A stretch of 64,000 nucleotides of DNA, taken from the NCBI GenBank assembly GCA_001629255.1, contig LURZ01000001.1, positions 6,850 through 70,849 on the forward strand. Direction: 5' to 3'. Below the pieces are notes generated by a model, which ran no database searches, was not told the DNA's origin, and was given only the letters and a program-made list of their open reading frames with translations. The DNA comes from Marine group II euryarchaeote REDSEA-S42_B7. GTDB taxonomy: Archaea > Thermoplasmatota > Poseidoniia > Poseidoniales > Thalassarchaeaceae. Position 1 is the stretch's first letter. Each line of letters opens with the position of its first letter. The position numbers were made by a program, and so were the translations under genes. Shown one piece after another: positions 61,050-64,000 of this stretch.

Positions 61050-61059
61050 ACAAATCTGC

Positions 61060-61345
61060 AGGCGTGGTATTGCCCAGCCGGCAACACCGTGCGGACAAAA
61101 CCCCCTCGCCGGAGGTGGAGGATGAAACACGGCACCACGGATTGGGTGACCATCCGTCGAAGACCATCGTGACTCTTCCGAGAGAATGATTGATGGCGCA
61201 AATCGGGTGGCCGGACTGCGTAGGTCCCCTGAGGACGGAATAGAATGAATCAAGGGACTACCCCGCAGTCCGACAGACGTCCTGGGGTGGGTCAGGCGCC
61301 AGAGCAAAGCAGTGAAGGTTGCCGTTACGCCCCGGGGCACACTGA
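61060..61345. ncRNA. candidate structured non-coding RNA of unknown class; strand undetermined
   Basis: A GC-rich (about 58%) segment of about 280 nt between two plus-strand genes, in a region that is otherwise about 40-45% GC. It contains perfect nested helices, for example GGACTGCG…CGCAGTCC enclosing GGTCCC…GGGACT. The only ORFs across it are Arg/Pro-rich nonsense. I found no RNase P P4 motifs and only a loose SRP helix-8-like stretch (GGGTCAGGCGCC…AGCAG). Confidence 0.3.
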
Positions 61346-61362
61346 AATTTCAGGTGTTTTGG

Positions 61363-62397
61363 GTGGAGAAAAAAAAGCACGAAATAGGATTAATTGGTGG
61401 TACTTTTGATAGATTCCATGCCGGACACATGTCCTTGATCTCTGCAGGTCTTGCAAATTGCGAGAAAATCCAAGTCTGGATAACCAATGATAATTTAGCT
61501 AGGTCGAAGGATCAGCGTATCCAGGACTGGTATGACAGGGAGTCCGATTTGATCGACGCCACATCAGAATACTCCCCTCGAATCACAACTCATCAACTCG
61601 ATGACAAATTCGGACCATCCTTGCAATCTACTGAGGCATCAGCAATTATATGCACTGCTGAAACAATTCAGGGATGCTTGGAAATCAACTCTATCAGGGA
61701 AAAAAATGGATTTTCTCCTCTAGATATTATTTCCGTTGAGAGAGTCACTTCTTGGGATGGGAGGACAATTTCTAGCTCCAGAATCAGAGATGGTCACATT
61801 GACAGGGAGGGGATGCCATGGATTCCCGAAAATTTCAGAAATTCAGACCCAATTATGACTCCCGAGGTAGAGTCCCAACTCAAAGAACCATTTGGCGAAC
61901 TAATCGAGGGGCCCGAGGAGGATATCACCGTGGCTGCTTTGGAAGCCATCTCTAAGATAGTGGGATCTACAAAATTCTCCGGCCCACTAATTGCCGTCGG
62001 AGACGTCACCGTCCTGGCCTTTCAGAATTCAGGAAGACCAGCAGACATAGCAATAGTCGACGGACAAACTAAGCGCGAAAAATGGGAGGGCTCGAATGAA
62101 ATTGACTTCAGTTTGTATGATAATTCCCTCGAATGTATCAGCCCAGCAGGATCTTTATCCAGATCGCTCCTAAAATCATGTGAATCCTCAATCTCATCAT
62201 GGATGGAAAACGAAAGCAGCAGCATAATCAGAGTAGTCGGTGAAGAGGACCTGTCTCCGCTTCTTCTACATCCGATGGCACCCATTGGTTCTGTAGTAAT
62301 CTATGGTCAACCGGGAAAGGGGTTAGTCATTAGGTGGTGTGACGAAGAATCAAAGATCAGATGCAGAAATATCCTCAGAGGTTTTTCCACAGACTAG
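61363..62397 (+). CDS. bifunctional phosphopantetheine adenylyltransferase (archaeal PPAT, HxGH nucleotidyltransferase) / GTP-dependent dephospho-CoA kinase (DUF359) fusion
   Basis: N-terminal GLIGGTFDRFHAGH (HxGH cytidylyltransferase motif). The C-terminal half has LIAVGDVTV…RPADIAIVDGQTKRE, resembling the DUF359 dephospho-CoA kinase VGDVV…DxxTxR block. The start was moved downstream of the structured GC-rich segment. Confidence 0.55.
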   Translation: MEKKKHEIGLIGGTFDRFHAGHMSLISAGLANCEKIQVWITNDNLARSKDQRIQDWYDRESDLIDATSEYSPRITTHQLDDKFGPSLQSTEASAIICTAETIQGCLEINSIREKNGFSPLDIISVERVTSWDGRTISSSRIRDGHIDREGMPWIPENFRNSDPIMTPEVESQLKEPFGELIEGPEEDITVAALEAISKIVGSTKFSGPLIAVGDVTVLAFQNSGRPADIAIVDGQTKREKWEGSNEIDFSLYDNSLECISPAGSLSRSLLKSCESSISSWMENESSSIIRVVGEEDLSPLLLHPMAPIGSVVIYGQPGKGLVIRWCDEESKIRCRNILRGFSTD

Positions 62398-62924
62398 TTT
62401 TCAGCATCTCTAATCCAATGAATGCCCAAACCAACTGAAACTAGTGCGATCATGACTGAGTATACCCCTGGGTCAACCCATGTTGTTTCCCTGAGGCTCC
62501 ATGCAAAGTAGTAGACAATGCCCAACAGCATCATCCAACTTGCTATGGTTCTAACAATATCTAGGTTAGGAGAAATCAGACTTTTCATTATCCGTTCATT
62601 TGGTAGTCCGGAAATCCAGCCACCAAAGCCATCCTCTCTTGAGGAGCCTATGCCCATTACTCCAATGACAATTAGTGCAGCACTGATTACAGCAAATATG
62701 AGGTCATCTGGGAAGTTTAGTCCGATTTCATGAGCGGAGTTTGTAACCGGGCCATTAGTCATGAAGTCCAACCAGTTCACCTTTCTACCATCCGAATATG
62801 CTCCAGAAATTATGTTGACGAGAGTAAGAAATGCCATCCATGAGCCTAATAAAAATGAGCCGACGGACATGGTAATACTGGGACTCTTCAGGACTTCCAT
62901 CCACTCTTGGTTAGCTTCTGACAT
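62394..62924 (-). CDS. hypothetical integral membrane protein (4 predicted TM helices)
   Basis: Hydrophobic helices in a 176-aa protein with no family motif. Confidence 0.35.
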   Translation of the reverse strand: MSEANQEWMEVLKSPSITMSVGSFLLGSWMAFLTLVNIISGAYSDGRKVNWLDFMTNGPVTNSAHEIGLNFPDDLIFAVISAALIVIGVMGIGSSREDGFGGWISGLPNERIMKSLISPNLDIVRTIASWMMLLGIVYYFAWSLRETTWVDPGVYSVMIALVSVGLGIHWIRDAEN

Positions 62925-62971
62925 CGAGCCGCCGTCCCGGAACCTCTGTTTAACCGTTGTCTGAACTATTC

Positions 62972-64000
62972 CTATAGATGACCTTGAAGATTATACTTGC
63001 CCATTGCGGCTTCGTTAACCAGAGTTTCACTTTCACTCATTAGGACGATTGCATCTATAGCCTTTGGAATTGCCGAATTAACTTGCTTGCTTCGCCCACC
63101 TCGGCCTTTGCTGACGTTTCTTGCCATGATAAGTCCCATTGTATCCAATTCATTAAGCAACGAGGAGACCCTTCTGGTCGTTAATGGCTCTGTACCAATC
63201 TTCGAGCACGCTTCTGCGTAGGTTCTGTACACTTCGCCCGTTGAGATGTTTCTCAGGCCGTTCTCTTCGTTTAAGCAGATTGAGAATAGTACTAACTTTT
63301 GGTGAAGTGGCAGGGTCTTGATAACAGGAGTCACCTGATCATATTCTAGTTGACTTTGGGCCAATCTAACGTGTTTTGTATCTACTCTATTCTGCGACCT
63401 CTGTTCCGCTTTCTGTACCGAGATTCTAAGCAAATCCAAAGCTCTTCTTGCATCTCCATGCTCTTGCGCAGCCAATGCCGAGCACAGTTTGATTACTCCA
63501 TCGTCCAGGACACCGGCTTTGATTCCCATATCAGCCCTCTCGTTGAGAATATTCTGAATCTCAGTGGCCACGTAAGGGTGGAACACTATATCCTCTTGGC
63601 TCAGTCTTGAACTGACTCTTGGATCAAGGTGTTGAGTAAAATGTAAGTCATTGCTGATTCCGATAATTGAGCATCTCCCCCTGCTTAGCAAAGTATTGAG
63701 GCTGGTCAGCGCGTAAAGGAGATCATCTCCGCCCTTGTCTACCAGGTTATCCACCTCATCTAGCACGATGATGTGAACCCCTCCCACGCGGCTCATTCTG
63801 GAAACTACCGTATCAAGAACTCGATCTGTAGGCCAACCCGTGAATGGGACCGGAGCATCGCCTCTCTGAGCCAACTGGGTAGCTATGGTCTGTACAACTC
63901 TATATTTGGTATCTACATTCCTACAATTAATCTCGTAGGTATGTACGGATTGCCCCATTTCCAAGCCTTTCTCCCTTAATTGGCTCAGAACGTATCTGGT
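62972..64000 (-). CDS. cdc6: Orc1/Cdc6 replication initiator (AAA+ and winged-helix domains); N-terminus beyond window end
   Basis: Walker B/sensor region HIIVLDEVD…, sensor-2 (ARRALDLLR) and a C-terminal winged helix. The frame stays open upstream through position 64000 (…TRYVLSQLREKGLE…). Confidence 0.85.
   Translation of the reverse strand, partial: TRYVLSQLREKGLEMGQSVHTYEINCRNVDTKYRVVQTIATQLAQRGDAPVPFTGWPTDRVLDTVVSRMSRVGGVHIIVLDEVDNLVDKGGDDLLYALTSLNTLLSRGRCSIIGISNDLHFTQHLDPRVSSRLSQEDIVFHPYVATEIQNILNERADMGIKAGVLDDGVIKLCSALAAQEHGDARRALDLLRISVQKAEQRSQNRVDTKHVRLAQSQLEYDQVTPVIKTLPLHQKLVLFSICLNEENGLRNISTGEVYRTYAEACSKIGTEPLTTRRVSSLLNELDTMGLIMARNVSKGRGGRSKQVNSAIPKAIDAIVLMSESETLVNEAAMGKYNLQGHL

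Noticed and set aside
60975-61340. A 121-aa minus-strand ORF across the GC-rich segment
   Set aside because: Arg/Pro/Gly-rich low-complexity translation, typical of reading through GC-rich structured RNA, with no start context.
61060-61345. Tried to assign the GC-rich structured segment to RNase P RNA or SRP RNA
   Set aside because: The universal RNase P P4/CR-I (GAAAGUCCGGGC…ACAGAANCCGGCUUA) motifs are absent. Only a weak partial similarity to SRP helix 8 was found. The segment is kept as an unclassified structured RNA candidate.
1-64000. Looked for CRISPR arrays, IS elements/transposases, integrases and rRNA genes
   Set aside because: No regularly spaced direct repeats, no transposase/integrase-like ORFs, and no rRNA-like conserved blocks were seen anywhere in the window.

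Overview
This 64-kb window is a chromosomal segment that appears archaeal, and probably euryarchaeal. The lifestyle inferred from the gene content resembles Marine Group II / Thermoplasmatota; this is an inference from content, not a database match. Overall GC is about 50%, and there are strong Shine-Dalgarno-like GGAGG/AGGAGG motifs before several starts. The archaeal call rests on a thermosome, Orc1/Cdc6, ABCE1, a Kae1-associated Bud32 kinase, an archaeal-type triose-phosphate isomerase and a DUF359 dephospho-CoA kinase domain. The window is densely coding on both strands.

Content, in order along the window:
- A surface-glycosylation block: the C-terminus of a membrane-anchored surface protein, a GT2 dolichyl-phosphate-sugar synthase-like gene, a GT4 gene and an AI-2E transporter.
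- Housekeeping genes: thrS, arcC, pyrG, thermosome, dnaK, grpE, sucCD, nadA, tpiA, ABCE1, moaC/moaE, glpX and a class I aldolase. There is one tRNA-Gly(GCC).
- Secreted peptidases and hydrolases.
- Two acyl-CoA/beta-oxidation-like clusters, which include three crotonases, 3-hydroxyacyl-CoA dehydrogenase, aldehyde dehydrogenase, a PaaA/BoxB-like di-iron oxygenase and an FAD oxidoreductase.

Most noteworthy observations:
- At least four genes are interrupted by single frameshifts: a large surface protein, Ham1/ITPase, a Ca-binding PLC-like lipoprotein and a Rieske oxygenase. These are either assembly errors or real decay.
- Two squalene/phytoene-synthase-family genes sit in tandem, in an HpnC/HpnD-like arrangement.
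- A fused PPAT-DUF359 (dephospho-CoA kinase) gene encodes two consecutive CoA-biosynthesis steps.
- A eukaryotic-type class I FBP aldolase lies next to GlpX.
- A GC-rich, strongly structured non-coding segment of about 280 nt is a candidate structured RNA of unknown class.
- A lower-GC patch carries an 874-aa ORFan and a divergent small gene, separated by an AT-rich intergenic region with a 16-nt direct repeat.
- Orc1/Cdc6 runs off the 3' end of the window, so a replication origin may lie just beyond it.

Note on coordinates: features I positioned by hand (tRNA, revised starts, repeats) may be off by ±1-2 nt.
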